From Phycisphaeraceae bacterium (GTDB lineage: Bacteria > Planctomycetota > Phycisphaerae > Phycisphaerales > Phycisphaeraceae): a DNA stretch of 64,000 bases. Shown here piece after piece: positions 39,138-48,300 of the stretch. The position numbers and the translations under genes were made by a program. The notes beneath the pieces are model-generated. The model saw nothing but the letters and a program-made list of their open reading frames with translations. It was not told the DNA's origin and ran no database searches. The DNA lies in NCBI GenBank assembly GCA_963674705.1, contig OY771506.1, forward strand, positions 1,952,001 to 2,016,000, read 5' to 3'. The first letter of the stretch is position 1; each line of letters opens with the position of its first letter.

Positions 39138-39176
39138 AACGGTGATAAACGCTGATTAACGCTGATCTTCGCTGAT
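39138..39176 (+). repeat. Degenerate tandem repeat with 10-bp period (AACGCTGAT-N)x4
   Basis: aacggtgata aacgctgatt aacgctgatc ttcgctgat. Confidence 0.65.
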
Positions 39177-39226
39177 GGGCAGATTGGCGTGAAGCGGTGC
39201 AAGAGAATTTAACAATCCTGCTTGAT

Positions 39227-39308
39227 GGGTGCCACACTTTGACTCAGCAGGAGCAAAGTGTGAATCAACCAGCACACCTTGTCGCTACGCGATCAAGATG
39301 TGGCACCC
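39227..39308. repeat. REP/REPIN-like element, family B copy 2
   Basis: GGGTGCCACACTTTGACT...CAAAGTGTG...TGTGGCACCC, homologous to 11617-11697. Confidence 0.75.
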
Positions 39309-39450
39309 GGCAATATGATTCTGTGTTGAAATCAGATGTAATGTTACCTAATGACAAGATATTTCCGATGCTAACAACTGAAACCGCAGTGATATATACT
39401 GACTAGCCACGCCACCGGCAGCATTTTGTTAAAGCCTTTATTATAGGGCC

Positions 39451-39479
39451 TTTACATGAATAGGCCCCTGTAGTATACT
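39451..39479 (+). promoter_or_regulatory. Near-consensus sigma70 promoter, now facing IS copy 2
   Basis: TTTACA-N17-TATACT in an AT-rich tract with no gene downstream before the IS. Confidence 0.6.
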
Positions 39480-39585
39480 TAATTTTGTGAATTATTTGCC
39501 ATTATGAGCATCGAATATGGTGGGTTCAGAGCTGGTCCCCAAATCTTGGACAGCCGGTTGGCCTGAATAAGGTGGGCCAACGGGT

Positions 39586-40602
39586 TTATGCCGCGGCCAG
39601 CGGCGGTCCGGTTATAGGTTTTCCATCATACGCTTCGTCCGGCGTCCGTCCAGCGAGTGTCGAGTGCGGACGCTCGGTGTTGTAGAACCGCAGCCATTCA
39701 TTGATCCCGGCGCGAGCTTCGCTGCCTCTGTCCCACGCGTGCAGGTACACGCATTCGTACTTCAGGCTCCGCCACAGACGTTCGATGAACACGTTGTCCA
39801 TCCATCGGCCTTTGCCGTCCATCGATACCTTCGCGCCCGCGCTCTTCACTGTTTCGGTCCATTCCAGGCCGGTGAACTGGCTGCCCTGATCGGTGTTGAT
39901 GATCTGCGGCGGGCCGTGCTTGCTCAGCGCTTCTTCCAACGCCTCGACGCAGAATGACGCTTCCATCGTGTTGCTCAATCGCCAGGCCAGCACCTTCCTG
40001 CTGTGCCAGTCCATGACCGCAACGAGGTACAAAAAGCCGCGTCGCATCGGGATGTATGTGATGTCGGCGCACCACACATGACCCGGCTGATCAATCTTCA
40101 GATTCCGCAGCAGGTACGGATACACCTTGTTTTCAAGGCATTTGACGCTGGTCTTCGGGGCCTGGTAGATCGGCGTCAAACCCATCTGGCGCATCAATCG
40201 ACGCACACGCTTGCGGCCGACGTTGTAGCCAAGCCGACGCAACCAACGCATCATCTGCCGGCTGCCGTAGAACGGCGTGCACAGGAACTGTCGGTCGATC
40301 AGACGCATCAGCTTCAGGTTCAACGGGCTCTCGCCTTTGCCTGAAAAGTAAAACGACGATCGGCTGATCGACACCAGCCCACACTGACGCACGATGCTCA
40401 GCTCGGGGTGCTTGGGTTCGACCATGTCGCAGCGGCGGCCGTGGCTCAAAGCCCCAACCCTTTTTTTAAAAAGTCCTTCTCGATGGTCAGCTCGCCGATC
40501 TTCGCGTGCAGCTCTTTGATCTGCTCGTCGGATGCCTGCGGGTCCTTGCCGCCGCCACGGGCAAAAAGCTGGGCCGCCTCCTGTGCCAGCAGCTTCTTCC
40601 AC
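39586..40602 (-). CDS. IS3-family transposase OrfB
   Basis: Translation identical to 31409..32425. Confidence 0.92.
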   Translation of the reverse strand: MEEAAGTGGGPAFCPWRRQGPAGIRRADQRAAREDRRADHREGLFKKRVGALSHGRRCDMVEPKHPELSIVRQCGLVSISRSSFYFSGKGESPLNLKLMRLIDRQFLCTPFYGSRQMMRWLRRLGYNVGRKRVRRLMRQMGLTPIYQAPKTSVKCLENKVYPYLLRNLKIDQPGHVWCADITYIPMRRGFLYLVAVMDWHSRKVLAWRLSNTMEASFCVEALEEALSKHGPPQIINTDQGSQFTGLEWTETVKSAGAKVSMDGKGRWMDNVFIERLWRSLKYECVYLHAWDRGSEARAGINEWLRFYNTERPHSTLAGRTPDEAYDGKPITGPPLAAA

Positions 40603-40730
40603 CCGCCGATCATGTTCGGATGCACGTCGTACTTCTTGGCGATCTCCGCCACCGTCAACTCGCCACGCAGCGCCTCCAGCGCCACCTTCGCCTTGAATTC
40701 AGCCGTAAATCGTCGTCGCTTGCTCATCAA
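40446..40730 (-). CDS. IS3-family transposase OrfA
   Basis: Translation identical to 31281..31565. Confidence 0.92.
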   Translation of the reverse strand: MMSKRRRFTAEFKAKVALEALRGELTVAEIAKKYDVHPNMIGGWKKLLAQEAAQLFARGGGKDPQASDEQIKELHAKIGELTIEKDFLKKGLGL

Positions 40731-41105
40731 GTAAGTCCTTTCAAATCTGCAGACCAGCCCACTTTAACCGGCTGTCCAAGATTTGGGGACCAGCTCTAGA
40801 TGAAGTTGTGTGCTCAGCGTCGTTGCTCATAAGCAAGAAGTCTAAATAACATCCTTATATAGTAGTATCATGTTTGAAGCGGTTCTTTTTTTATGAAACT
40901 GATTTATACGGGATTGGTTAACCTCCCATAAATCTTTTGTCGACTTGTCACAATGGTATTCATACCCGGAATTTGTATGGCGATATAGTAGTATTGTTCT
41001 GACTTTATCAGCCAGTTACTAGGCGTCACTTGATTTCGGTCTGATGGCAGTCGAACGAGCGGGAATGTGTAGTTCTGCGGTGATGGCACCGGAGCGTGTT
41101 AAGTC

Positions 41106-43007
41106 ATGAAGCAGAATGCGATCTACCAGATGATGGCGCAGATGATTGCGTGTGTTGTTGGTGCATTCGCTGTGGGTGTGAGTGTGCTAATTGGGTTTGC
41201 CGGGCTGGGTTTGTTGTCGCACATCAAGTACGCCTTTGCCACCAATCTTTGTCTTAATGAGATGCTACATGATTCGCTGGCGGGCAGGTCGTTGTGGGGT
41301 CGGGTGTCGGAAGTGAACAGCATGGGTTCGCCATGGCACATCGACATCTACCCGACCATTTCGCATGTTTTATATTCTGGTTCAGTGTTCCACTGGATTC
41401 TGTTGCTCGGTGGGTTAGTGGTCGGCCTGTTCCTGGCGATCATCTTTATGATGTTAAAACGAACGGCACGGATTGCTCGTCTTGCTGATAAGACGCAGCA
41501 GCAGCTTATCCGTGAGTTGGACCTACAGAAGCGAGCGTTGGATGAACACTCGATTGTCGCCATCACTGACGGCAAAGGTGTGATTAACTATGTCAATGAT
41601 AAGTTCTGCAAGATGACAAAGTTCAGCCGAGAGGAGTTGATCGGCAAGACATACCGGGTCGTCAATTCGGGCCGCCACTCTAAAGCTTTTTATGATGACT
41701 TCTGGGAGACTATTTCGAGCGGTGAAGTCTGGCAAGGCGAGGTGTGTAACCGTGCGAAGGATGGCAGTCTATTCTGGGTCGAGACAACGATTGTTCCACT
41801 TCAAGATGAGCATGGCAATATCATCCAATACACTGGTATCCACACGGATATCACAAAAAGCAAGCATATCGAAATGAATCTCAGGCAGAGCGAGCAAAAG
41901 AATCGCGCCCTGATCGACCAGACCTACCAGTTCATGGGACTGCTTGATATCGAGGGTCGGGTGCTTGATGCCAATCGTACAGCGCTCTCATTCGCGGGCG
42001 CTACGATGGATGATGTTTACGAGAAGTTTTTCTGGGAGACACCCTGGTGGGCTCACTCTCCGGTGATGCAGGCATATATCCGCGACATGGTTAATCGTGC
42101 TGCGCAAGGTGAGGCGGTGCGGACCGAAGTGACACACCAGGATGCGCAGGGCCAGGTGCGTATCGTGGACTTTTCCATTAAACCCATACGCAATGAAGAG
42201 GGGGCCATCACATGGCTGCTGCCGGAGGGCACTGATATTACCGAACATGTGAACACCGAGAACAAGCTCAAGCAAATTAATGACAAGCTCGTTTCAACGA
42301 ATGCGGAGCTTGAGCAGTTTGTCTACACGGTTTCGCATGACCTGAAGTCGCCGATCGTGACGCAGATGGGTTACATCGGATGTCTTAAGGAGGACCTGGA
42401 TAATGGTAACTACGAGCAGTTAGCCGAATCGATTGATCGGATCGAGAAGGCAACCACCCGGCTTAAGATCAGCGTTGAGGACCTTCTGGAGCTGGCGCGG
42501 ATCGGCCGGATGAATACCGATCGGGAGGCGGTCAAGGTTGGGCCGCTATTGCAGGAAGTGCGTGCTGATCTGGCCGGGATTTTGTCGGAGAAAAAAGTCG
42601 AATTGATTGTTGATGATCCGATGCCGACCGTCGTAGTGAATCGGCGTCGGATGTCTGAAATTTTTGAGAACCTGATCCATAACGCGATCAAGTACGGCTG
42701 CGATGAAAACGGCGGGACGGTCCACATCGGCTGCGATCAGACCGAAGAGGAGACACGTCTGTTCATCCGCGACCAGGGCCCGGGTATCGCGCCGGAGTAC
42801 CATCACAAGGTCTTTGGAATCTTTCAGCGGCTTAATCCGAGTCAGACGGAAGGTACCGGCATCGGTCTGACTATCGTTAAAAGGATCATGGATGAAGTCG
42901 GGGGGCGAGTCTGGGTCGAGTCGACGCCCGGCGAGGGGGCGACGTTCTGGCTGGCGTTTCCTGTCACATCCAAGCCGACTTCAGTGCCGGTCCGGGAAAC
43001 CGCATAG
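41106..43007 (+). CDS. Membrane sensor histidine kinase with two PAS domains
   Basis: Two TM segments, PAS/PAC repeats, H-box VSHDLKSP, NLIHNAIKY, DQGPGI and GTGIGL. Confidence 0.93.
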   Translation: MKQNAIYQMMAQMIACVVGAFAVGVSVLIGFAGLGLLSHIKYAFATNLCLNEMLHDSLAGRSLWGRVSEVNSMGSPWHIDIYPTISHVLYSGSVFHWILLLGGLVVGLFLAIIFMMLKRTARIARLADKTQQQLIRELDLQKRALDEHSIVAITDGKGVINYVNDKFCKMTKFSREELIGKTYRVVNSGRHSKAFYDDFWETISSGEVWQGEVCNRAKDGSLFWVETTIVPLQDEHGNIIQYTGIHTDITKSKHIEMNLRQSEQKNRALIDQTYQFMGLLDIEGRVLDANRTALSFAGATMDDVYEKFFWETPWWAHSPVMQAYIRDMVNRAAQGEAVRTEVTHQDAQGQVRIVDFSIKPIRNEEGAITWLLPEGTDITEHVNTENKLKQINDKLVSTNAELEQFVYTVSHDLKSPIVTQMGYIGCLKEDLDNGNYEQLAESIDRIEKATTRLKISVEDLLELARIGRMNTDREAVKVGPLLQEVRADLAGILSEKKVELIVDDPMPTVVVNRRRMSEIFENLIHNAIKYGCDENGGTVHIGCDQTEEETRLFIRDQGPGIAPEYHHKVFGIFQRLNPSQTEGTGIGLTIVKRIMDEVGGRVWVESTPGEGATFWLAFPVTSKPTSVPVRETA

Positions 43008-43336
43008 GCATCAGTATCACCTAATCTGAATCAGTCAGTAGGCTGAGATTCAGCAGAGTCGCAGTGGTGGGGATCTTTGATCATGGATATTCACAGCACG
43101 TTTGCTTAGCCGACGTGTTGCCTTCCAGGGCGTACTGAACCCACCCATAACAGGCTTGGCGAATCCCACGCTCCCGCACGGGGCTGCCGGCAATCCTGCG
43201 CCACGACAGACCCGTCGCAATGCCACACCACATGGGTTCAACCTCTAAATTCAGTCATGATCAGGCCAAACCCGTCAGCCACGGCACAAAGCCCAATGCC
43301 CGAAGCCCGAACCTGATCGCCCCCCGATCCTGGGAA

Positions 43337-43369
43337 AGGACATCTAATATAACTTATATTAGATGTCCT
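43337..43369. repeat. Perfect 33-bp AT-rich palindrome
   Basis: AGGACATCTAATATAA-C-TTATATTAGATGTCCT. Confidence 0.9.
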
Positions 43370-43750
43370 ATGGCAAAGCCCGCTTGATCAGGGAGGGGCG
43401 GGTTGGTGTGTTTCGGGGGTTGGCGGGTCCGATCTGGTGGAAAGTGCTGACGCGACAGCCAAAGGTAATGGCGATTCAGCCGAAAGTGCCGACGCGATAG
43501 CGGAAGAAGTTCCGGGCCGAGGCCGGTCTTACGTGCAATCTAAATCCAACCATAACGGGTGCTACGCATGGATTATGTACGCTCAAAAGGTAACCCGGGT
43601 GAGTTTTTTTGGCATCGTTCTGTTACCGGTTGACGACGGGCGTGTTAGCTATTACATACAAGTGAATGTGCACAAATACATGTAAATAATCATTTTATGA
43701 ATATATTTTTGATGTAGTTAGTGACACGTTTCTGGGGCTATACCGTGTTG

Positions 43751-43800
43751 GTGAAATTTTTCACAATATGCTTGAATAGTTCATTTAACTGTGGTATCCT
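43751..43800 (+). promoter_or_regulatory. Operator plus promoter, copy 1
   Basis: GTGAAATTTTTCAC near-palindrome, then TTGAAT-N17-TATCCT with extended TG; conserved in the duplicate at 47274. Confidence 0.7.
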
Positions 43801-43873
43801 CAGGTCATCTTGAGTCGGGTCCGAGGCCCGGCTGTTGGTTTACGCTTCACTTATCGCACTTGGAGAAAGCAAC

Positions 43874-44449
43874 ATGTCACGATCTCTACTTACCACGACT
43901 CTGGTCACCGCCATTTCAATCATGACCTTCCAACCTTGCTCCGCGGCTGTCATCGACACGCTTGATACCGCCGATGGTTTCAATGACAGCTTCAATGGGA
44001 CCACCGCCGTCGCGAACGGTGATGGCACGGTGACACTCACAAGAACCGTTGCCAGCGTGGATGCCGGCATCAACTGGACCGACATGGGCTCGAAGATTCA
44101 GCTAACCGGGCAGAACGTATTGCAACTCACGCCTTCGGCGGCGGTTAACGGCGGGTACTACGGCGTCAACATCCTGTTCTTTGATGCTGCGGATCAATAT
44201 CTGTCAGAGAAGGTGTGGATCACAGATACGAACGACACCGCAATGCAGCAGTTGAGTGACATTCAGGCGTTAGCGGGTGATCCGAATGCCGCGAGTTTTG
44301 TGCTGCGGTTCCGCATCCAGCCATGGGGCCAGGCCGGCGCAGCGTTTACATTCGATCAGATCGAGGTCGTGCCGGAGCCTGCGTCGCTCGCTCTATTGAC
44401 GATCGGCGGTTTGCTGATGATGCGTCGGACCGGCAGCCGTGCGGTCTGA
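43874..44449 (+). CDS. PEP-CTERM protein (paralog of 47397..48083)
   Basis: Signal peptide; [10 protein letters not shown] tail; GGAG RBS. Confidence 0.88.
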   Translation: MSRSLLTTTLVTAISIMTFQPCSAAVIDTLDTADGFNDSFNGTTAVANGDGTVTLTRTVASVDAGINWTDMGSKIQLTGQNVLQLTPSAAVNGGYYGVNILFFDAADQYLSEKVWITDTNDTAMQQLSDIQALAGDPNAASFVLRFRIQPWGQAGAAFTFDQIEVVPEPASLALLTIGGLLMMRRTGSRAV

Positions 44450-44533
44450 GATTCGTTGCGTCAGTTAAGCACCTGAAGTTGTATTAAAGTTTGTACTACG
44501 GAATAATCGAAGCATATTGAAGGATCGAGCGGC

Positions 44534-45271
44534 ATGGTCGTTTCCAAACAACATCGTCGGGCGTTTACACTGATTGAACTGCTGGTTGTGATCTCGATCA
44601 TCGCGTTGCTGGTCGGGATCCTGTTGCCGGCCCTGGGCGCGGCGAGGGCATCTGCCCGAAGAGTGGCCTGTGCATCGAATGTGCGTCAGGTTATGCTTGC
44701 GATCACGATGTATGCGGACAACTTTGACCAGGTGCTGCCGCCATTGCGTAGCGGCCCCTCCCTCTCTGATTGGAACGACTGGTCCGGGGTGTTGGTTGAT
44801 GGCGGGGTCGTCAGCGATGAAAGAATGTTTAAATGTCCGGACGACCAGGTGGAGCGCAATCCCCTGTACGAAGATGAATCCGACCGCAGTTATGCGGCGA
44901 ACGACATGCGGTTTAATTATGTGTATCTGACCGCGAACGATTACCGCTCCCCCTGGCCGTTCTATATCGACAACAACCGGACTTATAACGGCATGCCTCC
45001 GGCCAGGTTTGATGAAGTGCCTGCGCATGTCTTCATCATCGGTGAAAACTACAGCGAGCCGACCCTTGCCGGATCGGGCGCCAAGGTGCACAGGCCTGAG
45101 TTTGAATCCATGATGTTCAAAGCCGCGAAGGTCCACGGCGAAACCGGGGGGAACTACGGCTTCGGTGACGGGCACGTCGCGTTCATGAGTTATGAAGATG
45201 TCTCTGAGCTTCGGCCCGACACGCCCTACGGCAAGGACCTGAACGATCACTGGAAGTGGTTGGATCGATAA
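44534..45271 (+). CDS. Prepilin-type N-terminal cleavage/methylation protein with H-X9-DG-type C-terminus (DUF1559-like)
   Basis: [46 protein letters not shown]. Confidence 0.92.
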   Translation: MVVSKQHRRAFTLIELLVVISIIALLVGILLPALGAARASARRVACASNVRQVMLAITMYADNFDQVLPPLRSGPSLSDWNDWSGVLVDGGVVSDERMFKCPDDQVERNPLYEDESDRSYAANDMRFNYVYLTANDYRSPWPFYIDNNRTYNGMPPARFDEVPAHVFIIGENYSEPTLAGSGAKVHRPEFESMMFKAAKVHGETGGNYGFGDGHVAFMSYEDVSELRPDTPYGKDLNDHWKWLDR

Positions 45272-45328
45272 CGATTGCACTTCGCATCATTACCCTGATT
45301 GTGTTTTCTTAGATTCAAAGGAAGCATT

Positions 45329-47176
45329 ATGCCTCACGCCTTTGGCCGCATCGTATTAGCACTGACCGTGCCGGCTTGCCTGCTGTTTGCTCCCTCCGTT
45401 ACTTCTGCGGGTGATCCGACTGCGATTGGTGTATTGGTTCCGTGGTACGGCGACGGCGACGCGGAAGGCTGGCACAACTGGGCGGCGATGGGGCACGACC
45501 CGGATCAGATTGTTGACGGCCGACGTGATATCGCTTCGGCGCATTATCCCCTGATGGGGCCGTACAAATCACACGAAGGCAACACCGAGAACTGGCAGCT
45601 CGCTTACGCTGAGGCGATGGGGCTGGATGTGTTGTTGATTGATTACTACACGCAGAACCTGCCCGGCAAGTCTGTTTATTACGACTACACCGTTGACATG
45701 CTGGACAAGGCTGGCGGCAGCGAGCTAAAGATCGCGATGCAGTACGAGCCGAAGATCCACACGCAGAACTGGGTGCGTAATTACAACGGCGATCGCGCGG
45801 CGATGGTGGCGGCGGTGAAAGATGACCTGCGTCATATCTATGACGTGTTGGCGGCCAAGCCATCCTATTGGCGCGTCGACGGCAAACCCGTGGTGCAAGT
45901 GTTCGGCCAGACATGGACCCTTACCGCGGTGGAGTGGGTCGACGTTGTATCTACTCTCAACTCAGAAGGTCGAGAGCTTTATTACATGGGCGACGCGGTT
46001 GGCGGTGGTGATCTGGCAAACTGGTACCCGCAATTCCAATCGCACTTGAACTGGAGTCTGTACTACGAAAGTATCGAAGGCGCGCAGGGTTGGGATGCAA
46101 ACTACGGCTTTGCCCACAGCGTTAACAGTCAGCCGTTGAACTGGGCGTCGGCCGGCGCGAACCGCCAGGCGGTGGGTATTGCCTGGGCGGGTTTCGATGA
46201 CAGCGGTGTTGATGGTTGGGGGTCGGGCACACGTTTCGTCGACCGGGATAACGGCTCGTTCTACCGTGCCAGTCTTTCAGCATTGAACAATCTTAATCAT
46301 GAGTGGCGCGTCTTTACGACGCTCAACGACTGGAACGAAGGGACCGAACTGGAGCCGTCCTTTGAGTACGGCTATCAGTACGCGATAGAAACACTCAAAC
46401 ACATCGAAGCCTGGAAGGGGATTGATCTGGATGAGGATGCGTTGCAGGACGTCACCGAAACATATTTTCCGGATCTGGTAAGTCAGTGGGATCATGGGGA
46501 CGATCTGGCCATGCTAAATGCTTCTGCGTCGGTGGCGGTCGATGCTGCAAATCCGGAGGCATTCGATGGAGATGCGGGGCGTTTCTGTCGGGACGGTGAA
46601 GGTTCGGCGTATATCCAGTACGTGTTGGCGGATGACATTGGGGGCTTTCGTATATCGGGCTGGTCTGAGTCTGATGCGCCGCAGTCGCACATGTTGTTCT
46701 TCAGCTCAGCGGACGGCATCAACTGGACATCGCTTACGACGACGGTGACGGATAAGGGCGGCGACGCATGGACACGGCATCTATATAAAAGCGACGGCTC
46801 ATTACCCGCGGGGCACAGGTACCTGCGCATACAGTGGCCGCAGACCGATGGGCCGAACGATGTCACGCAGATCGGGGAAGTGAAACTCTACGACACACAG
46901 ATGATGCCCATTTATCGTCTGGCGGGTGATATTGATGGTGATGGCTATGTCGGGCTTAGTGACCTCGATCTCGTGCTGGCCAACTGGAATACTTCGGTGT
47001 CGTCAGAATACGCAAACGTTGATGTTTCGGGTGACGGCTTTATTGGTCTGGATGACCTGGACATCGTGCTTAATCATTGGAATCTGGCAACGCCACCGCT
47101 GATTGGCGCGACCCCCGAGCCATGCAGCCTGGGTCTATTTACCTGTAGTGCGGGCTTGATGCTGCTGCACCGATGA
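45329..47176 (+). CDS. GH99/GH71-like endo-alpha-glycosidase with discoidin-like domain, dockerin-like repeat and PEP-CTERM tail
   Basis: PWYG, DIASAHYPLMGPY, AGFDDS and TLNDWNEGTELEP motifs; TPEP tail. Confidence 0.82.
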   Translation: MPHAFGRIVLALTVPACLLFAPSVTSAGDPTAIGVLVPWYGDGDAEGWHNWAAMGHDPDQIVDGRRDIASAHYPLMGPYKSHEGNTENWQLAYAEAMGLDVLLIDYYTQNLPGKSVYYDYTVDMLDKAGGSELKIAMQYEPKIHTQNWVRNYNGDRAAMVAAVKDDLRHIYDVLAAKPSYWRVDGKPVVQVFGQTWTLTAVEWVDVVSTLNSEGRELYYMGDAVGGGDLANWYPQFQSHLNWSLYYESIEGAQGWDANYGFAHSVNSQPLNWASAGANRQAVGIAWAGFDDSGVDGWGSGTRFVDRDNGSFYRASLSALNNLNHEWRVFTTLNDWNEGTELEPSFEYGYQYAIETLKHIEAWKGIDLDEDALQDVTETYFPDLVSQWDHGDDLAMLNASASVAVDAANPEAFDGDAGRFCRDGEGSAYIQYVLADDIGGFRISGWSESDAPQSHMLFFSSADGINWTSLTTTVTDKGGDAWTRHLYKSDGSLPAGHRYLRIQWPQTDGPNDVTQIGEVKLYDTQMMPIYRLAGDIDGDGYVGLSDLDLVLANWNTSVSSEYANVDVSGDGFIGLDDLDIVLNHWNLATPPLIGATPEPCSLGLFTCSAGLMLLHR

Positions 47177-47273
47177 TCAATATGATCTAGAGGCAGGGGA
47201 TATGCCTGAAAACGGGGTTTATATCGTTATCTGACAATATCTTAAGTAAAATCGCTAACGCTCTCATCAAACA

Positions 47274-47323
47274 GTGAAATTTTTCATAACATGCTTGAAT
47301 AGTTCATTTTGGCGTGGTATGCT
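47274..47323 (+). promoter_or_regulatory. Operator plus promoter, copy 2
   Basis: GTGAAATTTTTCAT, then TTGAAT-N17-TATGCT. Confidence 0.7.
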
Positions 47324-47396
47324 CAAGCTATCTGGGCCCGATCGTAAGGCCAGGCATTTGAATCACGCTTCCACCTTCGCACTTGGAGAAAGCACC

Positions 47397-48083
47397 ATGA
47401 CACGATCCCTGATCGCCGCAACCCTGGTCACCGCCTTTTCAATCGTGGCCACGCAGCCCTGTTACGCCGACGTCATCGACACGCTGGATACGGCCGATGG
47501 TTTCAACGACAGCTTCAACGGCACCACCGCTGTCGCGAACGGCGACGGTACGGTGACGCTTACCAGAACCGTTGCCAATGTCGATGCCGGTATCAACTGG
47601 ACGGATATGGGATACAAGATCCCGATCGGCACAGACAACATATTGCGTATCACACCGACCGAATCGGTGAACGGCGGGTTCTACGGCGTGACGCTGTTGG
47701 TGTTTGACACATCCGATCAGTTCCTTGCCGAAATGGTCTGGATCGGCGACACCGACAGCACCACGATCCAGGAAATGCCTGATGTTGCTGCATTCGTGGA
47801 CAATCCTAGTGCGGCGAGTTTTGTTTTGCGGTTCCGCATCCAGCCTTATGACCAGGCCAATGCTGCTTTCACGTTTGACCAGATCGAGGTGACAACCGAC
47901 TCATCTATCCCGGGCGACATTAATGGCGACGGGTTTGTCGGGCTGGATGACCTTGACATCGTCCTGAACAATTGGAACGCAGGCACGCCGCCGAACGGTG
48001 GCAGTCCTTCGATCCCCGAACCGGCATCCGTTGTGCTGCTAAGTTTGGGAGCAACCGCCTTGTTGCGTCAGCGTAGCGCATGA
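47397..48083 (+). CDS. PEP-CTERM protein with a single dockerin-like repeat (paralog of 43874..44449)
   Basis: Shares VIDTLDTADGFNDSFNGTTAVANGDGTVTLTRTVA; IPEP tail. Confidence 0.88.
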   Translation: MTRSLIAATLVTAFSIVATQPCYADVIDTLDTADGFNDSFNGTTAVANGDGTVTLTRTVANVDAGINWTDMGYKIPIGTDNILRITPTESVNGGFYGVTLLVFDTSDQFLAEMVWIGDTDSTTIQEMPDVAAFVDNPSAASFVLRFRIQPYDQANAAFTFDQIEVTTDSSIPGDINGDGFVGLDDLDIVLNNWNAGTPPNGGSPSIPEPASVVLLSLGATALLRQRSA

Positions 48084-48300
48084 TGAGCTTGTATTGATCC
48101 TCCTGTAAGTGTTTGCCGAGTTGAGGTGGCCGGGTTTCCAATCGTGGGAGCCCGTCCCACCTGAACATGATGTGTTGAACATTGCAGCAAGGGCGGTTGT
48201 TTATAGCTACGACTTATTGATCCACCCGGTGTGTCGCGCCCGAATCAGTACCCGTGTTGGCCCGGCAGGTTATGCCAAAGCCTGAGACTTCGATCGGTAA

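Larger units (their letters stand above)
39528..40797 (-). mobile_element. IS3-family insertion sequence, copy 2 (1270 bp, inverted)
   Basis: Same terminal repeats, same length and identical OrfA/OrfB translations as copy 1. Confidence 0.95.

Noticed and set aside
31214..40797. Composite transposon carrying the porin-ABC-GH43 genes
   Set aside because: The outer flanks (GAAC and AGA) do not form a target duplication; the cross-matched flanks fit two separate insertions plus an inversion.
43337..43369. dif site
   Set aside because: It is perfectly symmetric and lacks the XerD arm TTATGTTAAAT and the 11-6-11 layout.
43440..43501. CRISPR mini-array
   Set aside because: Only two imperfect 20-bp units with a 22-bp spacer, and no cas genes.
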